This document shows, one piece after another, positions 63,336-64,000 of a DNA stretch of 64,000 nt. Both the position numbers and the translations under genes were made by a program. Each line of letters opens with the position of its first letter. Position 1 is the stretch's first letter. The stretch comes from Lama guanicoe (taxonomy: Eukaryota). Below the pieces are notes generated by a model that saw nothing but the letters and a program-made list of their open reading frames with translations, was not told where the DNA came from and did no database searches. The stretch spans positions 3,082,866-3,146,865 of the forward strand of contig MU053379.1 in the NCBI GenBank assembly GCA_013239625.1. Direction: 5' to 3'.

Positions 63336-64000
63336 CTGAGAGTTTTTAAATTAGCAGATACCCTAGTTTAAATTTCTTCTGCAGGAAAACCAGGGAGGAA
63401 GTGAGGGATGGAGAGGAAGCAAAAACTCATTTCCTTGGGTTTCAGCTGAACATCCATCATCCTTCAGATCAGGAGGGGCTGGGAGGCAGGCAGAGGTGGT
63501 TCACCCCAAGAATGGCGTCTACATCAACGTCAACCCTTCCGAGGGGGTTCTTCACCTTCCAGGCCCAGGTGGCTCCCTACAGCTGTCCACCTAAGACATA
63601 TGGGGACAGAATTGTGGCATAATCCCCTTTGTGAAGAAAGGGCGGCTGTGGGTTCAAGCACCATGTTTAAAATAACGTCCTGTTGAATCCTCGTTCACCG
63701 TCCTCCAATTGAAAGAATTCCAGGAAATCAGCGTTAACAGCAGCAGACACGAGAACTGAGAGTCAGGGCAGCCGCTCCTACACATCCTGAGATTTTTTTT
63801 TTAATCCAACAAAAACTATGTTAGGAAAAAAGATTTCCTGCTGCAAAAATATCTGAGCCATAGTTTCTGGTTGATTATTATCATCATTTTGAACTAAAGG
63901 GGATAAAAGCCAAGTATTTGTTTGAAATAAAAGCAGGGGAATGTCCACCAGAGGCACGTGAATGGGCACATCTGAGTGACACGCGGAATCGCCACCACAT

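Noticed and set aside
22752..63958. Weaker CTCF-like matches (~22755, ~39315, ~50310, ~61381, ~63944)
   Set aside because: Each deviates at core positions or lacks a base, so none can be supported without binding data.
1..64000. Hundreds of 60-276 aa ORFs in the six-frame track (e.g. 46559-47389, 52030-52827, 51839-52540, 46190-46876, 31441-32082)
   Set aside because: Pro/Gly/Arg/Ser-rich, overlapping on both strands in GC-rich or repeat-derived DNA, many with non-ATG starts, and no recognisable domain. This is what chance ORFs look like.

Overview
This is eukaryotic (mammalian) DNA with no intact cellular protein-coding exon that I can recognise. The tRNA-derived SINEs and L1 3' UTRs resemble camelid (alpaca/camel) families; this is inferred from repeat similarity. 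Transposable-element relics dominate. A 5'-truncated, frameshifted ~3.8 kb LINE-1 (17002-20838) sits inside an ERV1-type solo LTR. There are several other solo LTRs (some with clear target-site duplications, TSDs), many short L1 3' ends (at least three with 5' inversions), four SINEs, MaLR/ERVL LTRs, hAT MER elements, MIR/L2 and microsatellites. The sequence is AT-richer in the first ~10 kb and GC-richer from ~21 kb on. A promoter-like CpG island lies at ~54.2-55.6 kb and a smaller CpG cluster at ~26.4-26.9 kb. I found no convincing new multi-gene system. The most notable unexplained observations are: (1) an exact 27-bp direct repeat 900 bp apart inside the CpG island; (2) AT-to-GC-shifted L1 copies next to CpG-rich zones; (3) a chimeric 321-aa ORF joining a signal-peptide-like leader to the L1 endonuclease; (4) a ~130-bp local duplication carrying a conserved hairpin; (5) a motif-rich LTR beside one of two divergent CTCF-like sites. 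All repeat family names come from recognition, not from a database search.
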